Notes: generated from the letters alone by a model not told the origin. Numbered from the stretch's first letter, positions 50,100 to 61,388 are shown. The stretch: 64,000 nucleotides of DNA from Chlorobiaceae bacterium (GCA_013824245.1 PNNN01000050.1:65150-129149), one strand, 5' to 3'. A program made the numbers and translations.

Positions 50100-53000
50100 T
50101 TACTTTCTATCGATTAGTATATCGCGAATGCCATGAGGGGGAATGACCAAACTCTCTTTAATCTCTTGTCGACCCTTTTCAAAGAAACCGCCGGTAAACA
50201 TAGAAACGGGAATTGTATTATTCCATTGAATTTTCGTTCGTTGAACTTTTGTAGACGCATTGTAAAGCTGAACATGCCATCCGCCCGTAGTTGGTTTGCA
50301 AGATGTTACAAGAATCTCAGAAGGTTCGACTGTAAAGAGCGAAGTATTAATTTTCTTCAGAGGATCTGAGATCATGGTAATCAGCGGCTCTCTCTGTTCG
50401 CGACCGAATCGGACTGCATCTTCCGATTTATATTTTCCATGCGGCATGATCGAATAACGGATTGTGACAGGACCTTCTTGATCCGCTTTATAATTAGTGT
50501 GCCAGTAATTATTCATCACGTATGAATAGAATGATTGTGATGGCTCAATTGTCTTCATCCACGGCTTCTCCGCATTGATCGCACCAATCTCAATCATCGA
50601 TGCATCCGGCGTTGCCCATGTGATACCGAAATTATTGTTTGAGATGTCGACAAAATTCTGAACAGAGAAAAAGTTTTTACATGAACCGGGGAGTTGATCT
50701 TTTTCCGGCTGAACAATTCCCCATGCAACATCATAACGAAGCTGACCGTTTGGAACATTGAACGGAAATCCAAAATGAATCCCTTCTTTTTCCCGAACTG
50801 CAATTTTATCGATTTTATTTATTATATCAATCCTCTCTATGCCGTCAATTATTCTCAGCTCGGCTAAATAATGTTTGCATCCCGGCGCTTCACCTTCAAT
50901 AACAAGGGAAGCCATTAACGGTCCTCGCTCTTTCATTTTTACACTAACATTTCTTAGAAATATTGCACTGTCGGGATTCTTTCCGGGAACGTAGAAGTAA
51001 CGATTTAATCCTGAAGAACCGTTTCCGTTTACCAACTGCTGGCCCGTTTTCTTCCAGATCAATTCCTTAATAGCACCGTTTGTTTCGTCCACCGTAATTG
51101 AAATGAACTGATTTTCAATCGTCGTACCGAGTAAACGTGCATTTCCTTTATTGAATGGTTTTCCCTTCTTCAAGAAATATCGTTTTGCAGAAAGCGGTGG
51201 AACATTAGCAGCGATAAAAGCAATCTCACCGGTTGTCAGGCGCTGTGAAGCGATTTTTCTACCTTTATCATCAACCAAAAGATCGCCAATTTTGCTTTGA
51301 TCTTTGGAGAGTAAAACTAAATCGGTCCGCTGCCACGAGTTAGTGTTGTAAATATCAATCACACTACCGTTTTCATTTTTCGGAGCAAACGCTTCCGCAA
51401 AAAGTATTCTTGAAAGAGAATCGGCATCGGTTGCAAACCGCTTTTTAATTTCCCATTGCCCTTTTACAAACGACGAGTCTGGATCGGTGATACTATTGTG
51501 CGCACCCCAAGTATGTTCATCATATAGAACAACCTGCCGCCATGCATTGTAATATTCTTTTTGAGGGAAATTTTCCGGCGAGCGCATAGACCATACAGCT
51601 TCGCTTTGAATTAACCGATCTGCCGCATGACGATTAAGAAATGTTTCCTTCGCTGTCGAGAATGCGCCATCTTCCCAGTACGGCGTTAAATCTCCTTTCA
51701 TGGTTGGAAGTGTTGAACCGTATATTTTCTCGAACTCTTTAAACATCTGCTCATGTGTTGCAATGATTAAACGGGGTGAAACATATTTTTCATTCCAACG
51801 CTTTACAAAATCGGATAGATTTGAATCGGGCGGACCATTATCTCCTCCGATAGTGTAAGGTAGTTGGACAATATCATAAGGATAATTTCTTTCATCGAGC
51901 TTTCGCATTAACTTTAAAATCTTTTCTTCTCCAAGTCGTGTGATATCGCCTTCATGGAAACTTGAGTAGCTTGCTGCCGCAATCCACGTGAGAACTTTCT
52001 CTTCTCCAGATTGAGATTCCCAATAAAACGGTTTGTCTCCCAAATCGTAAATGAAACCGACCCGGTCTCCGTTGTTTGGCGCGATGGAAAAATATTTCAC
52101 ACCGCTTTGCGCAAGAACCGGAACTATTCCCCATGTAAAACCGGGTATATCTGAAATACATGCAGTGGTAATCGGGAAAGAATATTCCTGAGAAAACTTT
52201 CTGGCATAATCGGTAAAGTGCGTCATCTCAACACTGCTTACAAGTCCTGTGAGCACATTCGCATAAAGAGCATTCAATCCGATGCTGCCGCTTCTAATCG
52301 CTTCGACTATTTCACGACGCTTCTCTTCTGACGCTTCCTTCATAAAACTTTCAAGCGCCCAAATCACTTCCATATTCCACTTGTATTGTGCCTCGGGAGG
52401 ATAATTTTTTGTTTGCTGGATAAGTTGAAACGCATCTTCAAGATTTTTCATCTGCTTCTGTTCGATATTCGGCTGTAAGTCTGTATAACCTATATCATTA
52501 TGAGAATATGAAAGGAGATAGATTTCCCTCTTAATTACCGGCTTCAGTGTTACTGTTGTTTGCTCAACTATCTTCCCATCAATCGAAAATGTTACAGGCA
52601 TCTCAGTCTCAGATTTGATTTCTTCAACAGGCATGAAACAAATATTTCCGCCAACATTCAACGACTTATTTATCACTTCTTGATTCGTAGCAATTATCTT
52701 TATCGATCTTCCGTTAAACAAATTATCAAGAGCGAGCCGGATCATTTGAGATGGAGTTGAATTAGTTTTAAGAAGCACCGGTTCCAACCGCAAACGCGGT
52801 GTGAAGTTGAATGAGTACTCAAATGTCATATACCAATCGGGGCTTTCCGCATCTTCGCCTCTCACTTCAAAACGCAACGGTTTGCCCACCGCGAAATCTT
52901 TTTTAGATAATTTTAAAGTCATATATCCAAACAGATCACCAAACCTGTCTGCCATTTTTGATGTAAAAGATAATTCACTTCCATTTTTTCCGGGAATACG

Positions 53001-53468
53001 CCACTTGAGGGCTGATGAATCTTTCAAATTTTTAAATGTGAACCGACGTTCGCCATTGATGTAAAAATCAAATTTATGTGGTGTGGTTTGCTGCCAACCG
53101 CTCTTCTCAATTCCCGCAAGCCAGATTAGATTGTAAAAATCTCCATCAACTTCCATCAGCGTGTCCGATTCCCATGAGATAAATCCAACATCCCGTTTTG
53201 CCCTGACAAGAAGCGCCTTATCTGCATCGGGATGAGATGAATGATAATCTATTCTCTGTCCTTCGAGTCCTTGCCGATATCCGTTTATATAAGAAAGCGC
53301 CGGAAGCTCAACAGCCGTCGTATCGCGGTCTGAATGAATAACATTGATGATGATTTCATTCTTTAACGATTGCGATTTCCCGTCGATAGTGAATATCTTA
53401 ACTAAGATGATAAAATATATGATGAAGAATTTTATCAAAGTATGTTTGAGCATAGATTTTAGTTGCAT
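50100..53468 (-). CDS. glycoside hydrolase family 38 (alpha-mannosidase-like)
   Basis: GH38-type metal-site motif SHNDIGYTD. Protein of over 1100 aa. The ORF opens at 53507, but the Met at 53468 (MQLKSMLKH..., signal peptide) avoids overlapping the upstream gene. Confidence 0.78.
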   Translation of the reverse strand: MQLKSMLKHTLIKFFIIYFIILVKIFTIDGKSQSLKNEIIINVIHSDRDTTAVELPALSYINGYRQGLEGQRIDYHSSHPDADKALLVRAKRDVGFISWESDTLMEVDGDFYNLIWLAGIEKSGWQQTTPHKFDFYINGERRFTFKNLKDSSALKWRIPGKNGSELSFTSKMADRFGDLFGYMTLKLSKKDFAVGKPLRFEVRGEDAESPDWYMTFEYSFNFTPRLRLEPVLLKTNSTPSQMIRLALDNLFNGRSIKIIATNQEVINKSLNVGGNICFMPVEEIKSETEMPVTFSIDGKIVEQTTVTLKPVIKREIYLLSYSHNDIGYTDLQPNIEQKQMKNLEDAFQLIQQTKNYPPEAQYKWNMEVIWALESFMKEASEEKRREIVEAIRSGSIGLNALYANVLTGLVSSVEMTHFTDYARKFSQEYSFPITTACISDIPGFTWGIVPVLAQSGVKYFSIAPNNGDRVGFIYDLGDKPFYWESQSGEEKVLTWIAAASYSSFHEGDITRLGEEKILKLMRKLDERNYPYDIVQLPYTIGGDNGPPDSNLSDFVKRWNEKYVSPRLIIATHEQMFKEFEKIYGSTLPTMKGDLTPYWEDGAFSTAKETFLNRHAADRLIQSEAVWSMRSPENFPQKEYYNAWRQVVLYDEHTWGAHNSITDPDSSFVKGQWEIKKRFATDADSLSRILFAEAFAPKNENGSVIDIYNTNSWQRTDLVLLSKDQSKIGDLLVDDKGRKIASQRLTTGEIAFIAANVPPLSAKRYFLKKGKPFNKGNARLLGTTIENQFISITVDETNGAIKELIWKKTGQQLVNGNGSSGLNRYFYVPGKNPDSAIFLRNVSVKMKERGPLMASLVIEGEAPGCKHYLAELRIIDGIERIDIINKIDKIAVREKEGIHFGFPFNVPNGQLRYDVAWGIVQPEKDQLPGSCKNFFSVQNFVDISNNNFGITWATPDASMIEIGAINAEKPWMKTIEPSQSFYSYVMNNYWHTNYKADQEGPVTIRYSIMPHGKYKSEDAVRFGREQREPLITMISDPLKKINTSLFTVEPSEILVTSCKPTTGGWHVQLYNASTKVQRTKIQWNNTIPVSMFTGGFFEKGRQEIKESLVIPPHGIRDILIDRK

Positions 53469-53475
53469 AGAAAAA

Positions 53476-54357
53476 TCATATCGGTTTATTGAACTCTTGA
53501 AATTCATTTTTCAAATACTCCTGGACATTTTTTATATCTGCAAAACTTGTAAGATCAATAACATGTTCTGCCAATGGAATAGTGTAAACAGAATGTGGAT
53601 ATTTTTGAATCATCCTCTTAACTGCGGCTGGCAATTCTTTTTCTTGCCGAACAGGATGTAAAGGCACGGATTCGAGGAAGGGAAATATCTGATCGTAAGA
53701 CAAGCGGAAAATATTCATACTTACGCCAATCCTTCCATTATAGTCTTTCGCTTCATCGATTTCTTGCGGCGATGGTTTTTCTACTATATCGAGCAAGAAT
53801 CGATCGAGGTCTTTACGAATAACGGAGAATGCTTCAATTCTCGCACGATCAAATTGCAGCGCTGAACGGTCATAATCTATCATTGAACCTCCGTGATCGT
53901 TTTCCATCAGCAATATTAATGCGCGTATAGAATACAAATTATCACTATTGCAGACAGTGAAACCTTGCCCTTTCCAATCCGGTTTCGATCTGAGCGCCAC
54001 AAGAAGTGCATCGGCTGTCCCAAGCGGTTTTGTTCTGCCATCCGGAATGATCTGTGTTGCATACGAAATCGAAATTTGTTTGAACTGATTTTTACCGCCA
54101 TTTAGTTCATAGTAATCTTTTATAGTTGGGTCTTTTTCTCCAACTACGATAACAACATTCCGATAGCCGGCTTTCTCTATATTATAAAGAAGATAATCAA
54201 GAAATGGACGCGTATTCACTCCCACGCTTAGCATCGATTTTGATTTATATTGAGTTTCTTGTAATAGAGGATAGTCTGCCTGAGTTGATGATTGAACCGA
54301 TCTTCTCATGCGCGATGAAATTCCACCCGCAAGAATAACAATGTTTGGCTCTTTCAT
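53476..54357 (-). CDS. sugar-1-phosphate nucleotidyltransferase
   Basis: 293 aa. N-terminal IVILAGGISSRM (GxGxR pyrophosphorylase loop). ATGA-type overlap with the kinase gene. Confidence 0.75.
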   Translation of the reverse strand: MKEPNIVILAGGISSRMRRSVQSSTQADYPLLQETQYKSKSMLSVGVNTRPFLDYLLYNIEKAGYRNVVIVVGEKDPTIKDYYELNGGKNQFKQISISYATQIIPDGRTKPLGTADALLVALRSKPDWKGQGFTVCNSDNLYSIRALILLMENDHGGSMIDYDRSALQFDRARIEAFSVIRKDLDRFLLDIVEKPSPQEIDEAKDYNGRIGVSMNIFRLSYDQIFPFLESVPLHPVRQEKELPAAVKRMIQKYPHSVYTIPLAEHVIDLTSFADIKNVQEYLKNEFQEFNKPI

Positions 54358-55451
54358 TTTTGCTCTGTCATTGACTCAACACGTGTTCCTTCGTCGACAC
54401 GAACGATGTATGCTTTACCGCCAGCTTTCTCCACGGCTTCAGCTACAACTTCCGTATTCTTAGGCGCATATACAAACATGCATCCGCCACCGCCCGAACC
54501 GTTGATTTTTCCACCGTAAGCGCCGGCATTCATCGCGGCATCGAGCATCTTATCAATTTTTGGTGTGGAAATTTGTAAAACATCTCTTAGTATAGTTTGA
54601 TGTTCGTTTAAAAGAGAACAAAACATCTTTTCATCAAGTTCTTTTGACCGGAACAATTCCAAAGCTTCAAAGGTTATATCACGATTTCGAATTGTTCCCT
54701 TCAGCCACGAGATTTCTTCTTTGTTTAAAAATTTCGAAAACTTATCCAATTCCCCGATTGATATTGTATGAAGTGAAAAACCGGGGTGAATTTTTAATAT
54801 TCTTTGAACGATATTAAGAACTCGATTTTTTACGCGTGATAATATTTCTTTTGTATTCTTTGGCGAACGGGAATCTCCTAACACAAAATTTCCCGACACG
54901 GCATTAATCGATACAACTGATAAAAGAGGATGGAACGATAAAAACAATATTCCACCCAACGATGTTGAATACTGATCCATCATACCTCCCGGTTCATTGA
55001 ATTCCAACACTTCGGCTTCATGTGCAATGCGGGCAATTTCTTCTAACGTTAATACTTTCCCTTGATCGCTTATGTGTGATAAAAAATTAATCCATGATAC
55101 TACAAGTGCGGAAGAACTTGAAGTGCCCGCGCTGATAGGTATTTCCCCATGCACATTACATTCAAGTCCTCTGGAAAAAGAATATCCTGCCCGCCGCAAA
55201 ATGTTTATCCCGCTTCTAAAGTAATCACGCTCGCGAAGATAGTTTAGAGTAGCGTCGATAGAAAATGTATCCTCAGAATTTATATCGGGTAAATCGATAT
55301 GAACAATAGAATCATCCCGCCTTTTACCTTCCAATGAAATGCGAAGAGATATTGCGCAGGGAATGACCGGCAGATTCAGATAGTCTTGATGTTCACCAAA
55401 GAGACAAACGCGTCCAGGTGTTGATATTTTAAAAATATTCAGATCAGTCAT
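54354..55451 (-). CDS. GHMP-family sugar kinase (galactokinase-like anomeric kinase)
   Basis: 365 aa. Galactokinase signature GRVCLFGEHQDY and GHMP motif PISAGTSSSSA. Confidence 0.8.
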   Translation of the reverse strand: MTDLNIFKISTPGRVCLFGEHQDYLNLPVIPCAISLRISLEGKRRDDSIVHIDLPDINSEDTFSIDATLNYLRERDYFRSGINILRRAGYSFSRGLECNVHGEIPISAGTSSSSALVVSWINFLSHISDQGKVLTLEEIARIAHEAEVLEFNEPGGMMDQYSTSLGGILFLSFHPLLSVVSINAVSGNFVLGDSRSPKNTKEILSRVKNRVLNIVQRILKIHPGFSLHTISIGELDKFSKFLNKEEISWLKGTIRNRDITFEALELFRSKELDEKMFCSLLNEHQTILRDVLQISTPKIDKMLDAAMNAGAYGGKINGSGGGGCMFVYAPKNTEVVAEAVEKAGGKAYIVRVDEGTRVESMTEQK

Positions 55452-57268
55452 GATACTGTTTTCGATTCTCCTTCAGACCAAAGTTTTCGAATAATATAAA
55501 TCAATACAATACCGCTTATAATGAAGATCGTAAGCAAAAGGAAGGCATACAACATTCGACCGTAGAGAAAATTTCCTACTGTGAACAACGATGACCAGAT
55601 CAACGTACATCCAGTAACCCATCCGAGAAGTGCGAGAGGAATATTTTCACCCGAAGACTTTCGCGCCGAATCGGCAATGCCTGCCTTTTCACGGATTCGT
55701 TTCCAACCTGGACCAAAGGGTTTAACCTTTCTATAAAATTCTATGAGCACTTTCTCGTCAGTTTTAGGTCCCACGAAAACAGTTATTAACCAACATACAG
55801 TTGTAAAAGCGATCGTAACGAGCAATCCGGCGTGAAGACTTATCGTGATTCCTTGTTTATTTAGAATGAGAAGAACAATTGAAATTAAAAATGAACTTAC
55901 CATTGCTACAACCTCAGACCATGCGTTCACACGCCACCAAAACCATCTGATGAGGTACAATAATCCTGTTCCTGCACCGATTTGCAAAATTATATCGAAT
56001 GTATCTTTTGCGGTATCGAGAACAAAGACAAGCCCAGCCCCGCATAAAAATAATCCCACGGTAACTAACCGCCCGATTAAAACATAATGTTTTTCGTCTG
56101 AATTTTTACGAATAAATCTGCGGTAAAAATCGTGTACAAGGTACGAGGCGCCCCAATTAAGATGTGTAATGATTGTTGATGAGTTTGCGGCAATTAACCC
56201 GCCGACCATTAAGCCGATGAATCCGACCGGTAAAAATTTTAACATTGCAGGATAAGCAATATCATGTCCGAGTAGTTTTGTATCGAGATTAGGAAATGCG
56301 TTTTGAATATCTGACAATTGCGGATAAATGATAATAGAGCAAAGTCCGACGATAATCCAGGGCCAAGGGCGAAGAACATAGTGAGCAACATTAAAAAATA
56401 AAACCGCACCTAGAGAATCTTTTTCAGATTTTGATGCGAGCATTCGCTGAGCTATGTAGCTGCCGCCACCCGGTTCTGCGCCCGGATACCAAACAGCCCA
56501 CCACTGAACCGCTATCGGCATTATGAAAATGGCTATGGCGATATCCCAATTGTTTGAAAAATCGGGAAGCATATTTAAATAATTTATTCCATTCGGTCCA
56601 GGAATATTAGAAAGTTTTTCAACTAAACCGCTCATGCCGCCAATCTGAGGAAGTTGAAGTGCGAAGTATGCCGCGGCAATGACTGCCGTCATCTTAATGA
56701 TGAATTGAATCATATCGATAACAAGCACTCCCCACAAACCTGATTGAGCCGCGAAGACAACGTTTAGGGATCCCACGAACAGCAATGTTTGCCATCGGTC
56801 AAGTCCGAATAAAATTCCGGCAATTTTACACGCCGCTAAATTTACCGTTGCCATTATGATCGCATTGAAAAACAGTCCTAAATAGATTGACCGGAAACCA
56901 CGTACAAAGCTTGCCGCTTTACCAGAATATCGCAATTCATAAAATTCAAGATCGGTCATAACTCCCGACCGTCTCCATAATCTCGCATAAAAGAAAACAG
57001 TGGAAACGCCTGTCAAAACAAAAGCCCACCAAACCCAGTTACCCGCGACTCCTTGACGTCTAACAATATCCGTTACAAGATTGGGTGTGTCGCTGCTGAA
57101 CGTTGTTGCAACCATCGAAAGTCCGCCCAACCACCATGGCACAGATCTGCCCGAGGCAAAAAATTCGGAAGTATTTTTCCCGGCACGCTTACTAAAATAT
57201 AATGCCGGTAGAAAACAAATTATGAATGTACCAACTACGATAACCCAATCGAGCAGTTGTAATTTCAT
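55448..57268 (-). CDS. sodium:solute symporter family transporter
   Basis: 606 aa. More than 12 predicted TM helices. SSF-like N-terminus (FFASGRSVPWW). Confidence 0.82.
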   Translation of the reverse strand: MKLQLLDWVIVVGTFIICFLPALYFSKRAGKNTSEFFASGRSVPWWLGGLSMVATTFSSDTPNLVTDIVRRQGVAGNWVWWAFVLTGVSTVFFYARLWRRSGVMTDLEFYELRYSGKAASFVRGFRSIYLGLFFNAIIMATVNLAACKIAGILFGLDRWQTLLFVGSLNVVFAAQSGLWGVLVIDMIQFIIKMTAVIAAAYFALQLPQIGGMSGLVEKLSNIPGPNGINYLNMLPDFSNNWDIAIAIFIMPIAVQWWAVWYPGAEPGGGSYIAQRMLASKSEKDSLGAVLFFNVAHYVLRPWPWIIVGLCSIIIYPQLSDIQNAFPNLDTKLLGHDIAYPAMLKFLPVGFIGLMVGGLIAANSSTIITHLNWGASYLVHDFYRRFIRKNSDEKHYVLIGRLVTVGLFLCGAGLVFVLDTAKDTFDIILQIGAGTGLLYLIRWFWWRVNAWSEVVAMVSSFLISIVLLILNKQGITISLHAGLLVTIAFTTVCWLITVFVGPKTDEKVLIEFYRKVKPFGPGWKRIREKAGIADSARKSSGENIPLALLGWVTGCTLIWSSLFTVGNFLYGRMLYAFLLLTIFIISGIVLIYIIRKLWSEGESKTVS

Positions 57269-57394
57269 TCATTAAATCCTTATTAAAAGTGGTATAGACA
57301 ATTCATTTCAACTAATAATAACGCTGTTGATAAATAAAATCAATATATCATTAAAGGGAGTGAATTTCAATTATTTCATTTTCCTGATGAGATG

Positions 57395-58273
57395 CTAAGA
57401 GTCGCTGTTATTCCGCAAAGTCATTGCCATCCGTGCAATATATTCCGGCGTAGTGCCGCAGCATCCCCCGATGAATTTAACCCCAAGAGATTTTAAAACG
57501 CGTGAATACTCAACAAAATTTTTTATCGTAGTGGGGTAAACAATTTTTTCCCGAACCACAGATGGAATTCCCGCGCTCGGTTTAACCCATAAAGGAGCTT
57601 TGGTGTATGTACTCAATCTTTTTATGTGTAGCAGACTGTCTTCCACTCCGGTTCCACAATTGATTCCAATCATATCCGCTCCGGATAATTTTTCTTTGTA
57701 CTCGCGCACAGTATGAAAGTTATTTTTTGAGCTTATAAAATTTTCTTTGTCGAAAGTCATAGATAAAACAATCGGTAAGCCGGTACGCTTTGCCGCTTCC
57801 ATGGCAAGATACCCTTCGTTCAAATTGAAAACACTCTCAATCACAATCGCGTCTGCGCCGGCATCCGCCAGAATTATCGCTTGTTCATAAAACAGCTCTC
57901 TTAGTTCATCGTCGGAAATTTTATTCGTGACCAAAGAACTACCAACCGGACCAATGGATGCAAAAACATAACCTCGATCTTTGATTGCTTTTTTCGAGAT
58001 TTTAACTCCGTTTGCGTTGATTTCCTTTATTTTCGAATCAAGATTAAACGCTTTGAGTGTTAATCGATTTGCCCGAAATGTATTTGTTAACAATATCCTG
58101 CTGCCGGCATCTGCATAAGCGCGGGCAACTTGTTTTACTTTTTCAGGATTAAAAATATTCCAACCGTCGGCACATTCACCAGATTTCAACCCAAGTGCGT
58201 GAAGCATTGTGCCCCAAGCACCATCGGTGATTATGGGACCTTTTTTTACAAGTTCACTGATAAGGTTTTTCAT
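57395..58273 (-). CDS. homocysteine S-methyltransferase family protein
   Basis: 292 aa. N-terminal ITDGAWGTML and C-terminal zinc site GGCCGTTPEYI. Confidence 0.85.
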   Translation of the reverse strand: MKNLISELVKKGPIITDGAWGTMLHALGLKSGECADGWNIFNPEKVKQVARAYADAGSRILLTNTFRANRLTLKAFNLDSKIKEINANGVKISKKAIKDRGYVFASIGPVGSSLVTNKISDDELRELFYEQAIILADAGADAIVIESVFNLNEGYLAMEAAKRTGLPIVLSMTFDKENFISSKNNFHTVREYKEKLSGADMIGINCGTGVEDSLLHIKRLSTYTKAPLWVKPSAGIPSVVREKIVYPTTIKNFVEYSRVLKSLGVKFIGGCCGTTPEYIARMAMTLRNNSDS

Positions 58274-58322
58274 CTCTCGCTATATTCCTTATCATTCGTT
58301 ATTCCACATTCTTCTTCATAAT

Positions 58323-59810
58323 TTATTTTAGAACCTCTTCTCTATCATATCCTCCGTTTACCACTTCAAATGCAGTTAAATACGCAAGCTTTGTGATTTC
58401 TTCAAACAATGTTTTATTCAGCGTCTCTGGTGTATCAGTCATGCAATGAAGATGAGTATAACTATTTGTTGTAACAAAATACGCTGCCGGAATACCTTTA
58501 TCGTGAAACGGTCCGGCATCAGCTCCACCGCCGCTCCATGTCGCTCCAACCATCATCTTTGTAAATAGAGAATCCTGATGATGAGCGACATTCCAAAGAT
58601 TCGGCGAACTTTTCCCGTTTCCAACCTGAATGCTGTCACCATATCCGATACAATCAAGATTGATCATCGCGGTAATCTTCTCTAAAGGTACAGGAGGGTT
58701 ATCTACGAAATATTTCGAGCCAATCAATCCAAGTTCTTCACTTGCAAATAGAACAAATATGATTGATCGTTTTGGTTTAATTTTTCCTTTAATAAATGCT
58801 CGCGCAATTTCAAGAACTGCGGCAGAACCGGATGCATTATCGTTCGCACCGGGGGCGTAAATCTCACCGGCTTGCTCACCAACATGATCGAGATGCGCCC
58901 CAACGACAACGTATTCATTTCTTAATTCAGGATCGGAACCCTCAAGTTTACCAACAATATTCATCGTCGGTTTTTCTTTTGTATATTTTGAATGAACTTC
59001 CATCTCTATTGTAGAGGCAGTCTGTACTACGAACGGTTGCTTTGATGAATCAATTTTGGTCTGCAGATCTTTTAGTGTGAATCCACTTCCTGCCAGAATT
59101 TCATCAGCGATCGGAATATCAATATGAAATTGCGGAAAATTTTCGTCCTGCTCTCCGCCGCCTTCAAGCACACTGATGATTGTCGTTTGTGGCTTTGCAT
59201 CATTTGGCAAAGAGACAATGAGCATACCAACCGCGCCATGCTCTTTCGCAAGTTTTGCTTTGAATCTGGGATAACCGTTTCCCCAGTTCGAGGTGTCGTT
59301 CATCTTCCACGACGGATTGGATTTGAAAACGATAACGATTTTTCCTTTCACATTAACAGCGGCATAATCATCATAACCGAATTCCGGCTTCGAGAGTCCG
59401 TAACCGCAAAACACAACCGGCGCTGTAATATGTCCCGATCCGGTCAACTCTCTGCAAACAAAATCCTTTCCGAGCTTATATTCCTTAGTAACTTTTCCGT
59501 CTTCAATTAAATTTAATTTCACCGGTGAATATATTTCATTGTACTCAACATTCAGTTTTTGATAGTACGCGCTATCACCGAACGGTTTCAATTTAAGTTT
59601 TGAAAACTCGCTCGCCATGTAAGATGCCGCTTTGTTGTATCCTTCACTTCCGGACAACCTTCCTCCCAATTCTTTAGAAGAAAGGAATGTAACTGTCTTC
59701 ATCAGATTTTTCTGTGAGATAATAGATAAACCCGGTACATTTTTGGCGGGTTGACCTAAAATCGGAACGGAATAGAGAACTAACAATAATAGCGCTGCAA
59801 CATTTTTCAT
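58323..59810 (-). CDS. secreted M28-family aminopeptidase with PA domain
   Basis: 495 aa. Signal peptide and M28 metal-ligand regions VVGAHLDHVG, GANDNASG, FASEELGLIGS. Confidence 0.85.
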   Translation of the reverse strand: MKNVAALLLLVLYSVPILGQPAKNVPGLSIISQKNLMKTVTFLSSKELGGRLSGSEGYNKAASYMASEFSKLKLKPFGDSAYYQKLNVEYNEIYSPVKLNLIEDGKVTKEYKLGKDFVCRELTGSGHITAPVVFCGYGLSKPEFGYDDYAAVNVKGKIVIVFKSNPSWKMNDTSNWGNGYPRFKAKLAKEHGAVGMLIVSLPNDAKPQTTIISVLEGGGEQDENFPQFHIDIPIADEILAGSGFTLKDLQTKIDSSKQPFVVQTASTIEMEVHSKYTKEKPTMNIVGKLEGSDPELRNEYVVVGAHLDHVGEQAGEIYAPGANDNASGSAAVLEIARAFIKGKIKPKRSIIFVLFASEELGLIGSKYFVDNPPVPLEKITAMINLDCIGYGDSIQVGNGKSSPNLWNVAHHQDSLFTKMMVGATWSGGGADAGPFHDKGIPAAYFVTTNSYTHLHCMTDTPETLNKTLFEEITKLAYLTAFEVVNGGYDREEVLK

Positions 59811-59915
59811 TTAAATCTCCATAATTGATAACGGAATGTAATTTACGGTTAATATGATTTTGTATCAAGTTGAAATATAGATTTTATATTCAGATATTAG
59901 GTTAATATTTCAGAT

Positions 59916-61388
59916 ATGAAAGGAAAAGATTTGAGACCTGTTGTCCGTTTCTTGGAAAACAACCTAATAGAACGCATTATTGCGGAAGCCCGTGATATAA
60001 TGTGCAAGCTCGGTATCGAAATTCACAACGAGCGAATACTGACTTTGCTTGCAGATCATGGGGCAAGAGTTGATAAGAACACACAGAAAGTATTTTTCAA
60101 TCAATCTTTAATCGATAAAGCAATTGCCGCAACTCCTCATTCATTCAAGTTATACGATGTTCTTGGCAACGAAGCGGTTGATCTTTCCGGTTTCAATGTG
60201 AACTTCACACCCGGCTCAGCGGCGATTTACTGTCTTGACGGATCGACCAAGACAGTGAGGAAACCGACCACCTCCGATTACATCCGTTATGCAAAACTGA
60301 TGTCGAGAATGAAAAACATCGCATCCCAATCAACTGCCATGATTCCATCCGATGTGCACGAAAAAATTTCCGACAGCTACCGCCTTTATTTGAATTTGCT
60401 TTACTGCGAGAAGCCGGTTGTAACAGGCGCATTTACGATTGAAGCTCTCGAGATAATGAAAGAGTTGCAATTGGCAGTTCGCGGTACAAAAGAAAATCTC
60501 AAAGCCAAACCGCTTACAGTGTTTTCCTGCTGTCCAACTTCTCCATTGAAGTGGAGCGAGGTTACATCGCAAAACCTGATCGACTGTGCCGCTTATTCCA
60601 TTCCCGTAGAATATATCGCGATGCCTCTTTCTGGTTTCATGTCACCTGTAACAATTGTCGGAACACTCGTTCAGCACACCGCGGAAACTCTGAGCGGACT
60701 TGTAATAAGCCAGATGTTTAATCCGGGAACACCGGTTTTATACGGCGGCTCACCTGCTTTTTTCGATGTCCGATATGAAACTACTCCGATGGGTTCAATC
60801 GCAACGATGATGATCGACTGCGCTTACAACGAAATTGGAAAATATCTTAGCATCCCAACACAAGCTTATATTGGACTGACTGATGCGAAATCGCTTGATG
60901 TGCAAGCCGGATTTGAAACTGCAACCGGTGCAACGCTTGCCGCGCTCGCTGGTATCAATAATATTTCCGGTCCCGGAATGATCGATTTCGAAAGCTGCAT
61001 CAGCTTGGAAAAATTAGTGATCGATAACGAAATTTGCGGAACGATGCTTCGATTAGTAAATGGAATCGAACCGAAAGAAGATTTTCCCTCACTCCCAATT
61101 TTTGAGGAATTATTGCGCGATAAACATCTTCTCATTGCCGACCATACAAGAAAATATTTTAAAGAAGAAGATTATCTACCAGGACCAGTGATCAACAGGG
61201 CAAACCGTTCACGATGGGAAGAAGATGGAAGTATAACAGAGTGGGATCGTGCAACTCGTGAGATAGAAAAACAACTCAAGTCGTATCAGCCCACACGACT
61301 CGCGGAAAATATACAATCTGATTTGATAAAACTGATGTCGGCAGAAGCGCATAAATTTGGAATGAATGAATTGCCGAAAAGAGATTAG
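59916..61388 (+). CDS. MttB-family (trimethylamine methyltransferase superfamily) methyltransferase, non-pyrrolysine type
   Basis: 490 aa. Length and N-terminal pattern (IIAEARDIMCKLGIEI...LLADHGARVD) fit the MttB superfamily. There is no in-frame TAG, so it is not a Pyl enzyme. Family call from memory of the fold family. Confidence 0.78.
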   Translation: MKGKDLRPVVRFLENNLIERIIAEARDIMCKLGIEIHNERILTLLADHGARVDKNTQKVFFNQSLIDKAIAATPHSFKLYDVLGNEAVDLSGFNVNFTPGSAAIYCLDGSTKTVRKPTTSDYIRYAKLMSRMKNIASQSTAMIPSDVHEKISDSYRLYLNLLYCEKPVVTGAFTIEALEIMKELQLAVRGTKENLKAKPLTVFSCCPTSPLKWSEVTSQNLIDCAAYSIPVEYIAMPLSGFMSPVTIVGTLVQHTAETLSGLVISQMFNPGTPVLYGGSPAFFDVRYETTPMGSIATMMIDCAYNEIGKYLSIPTQAYIGLTDAKSLDVQAGFETATGATLAALAGINNISGPGMIDFESCISLEKLVIDNEICGTMLRLVNGIEPKEDFPSLPIFEELLRDKHLLIADHTRKYFKEEDYLPGPVINRANRSRWEEDGSITEWDRATREIEKQLKSYQPTRLAENIQSDLIKLMSAEAHKFGMNELPKRD

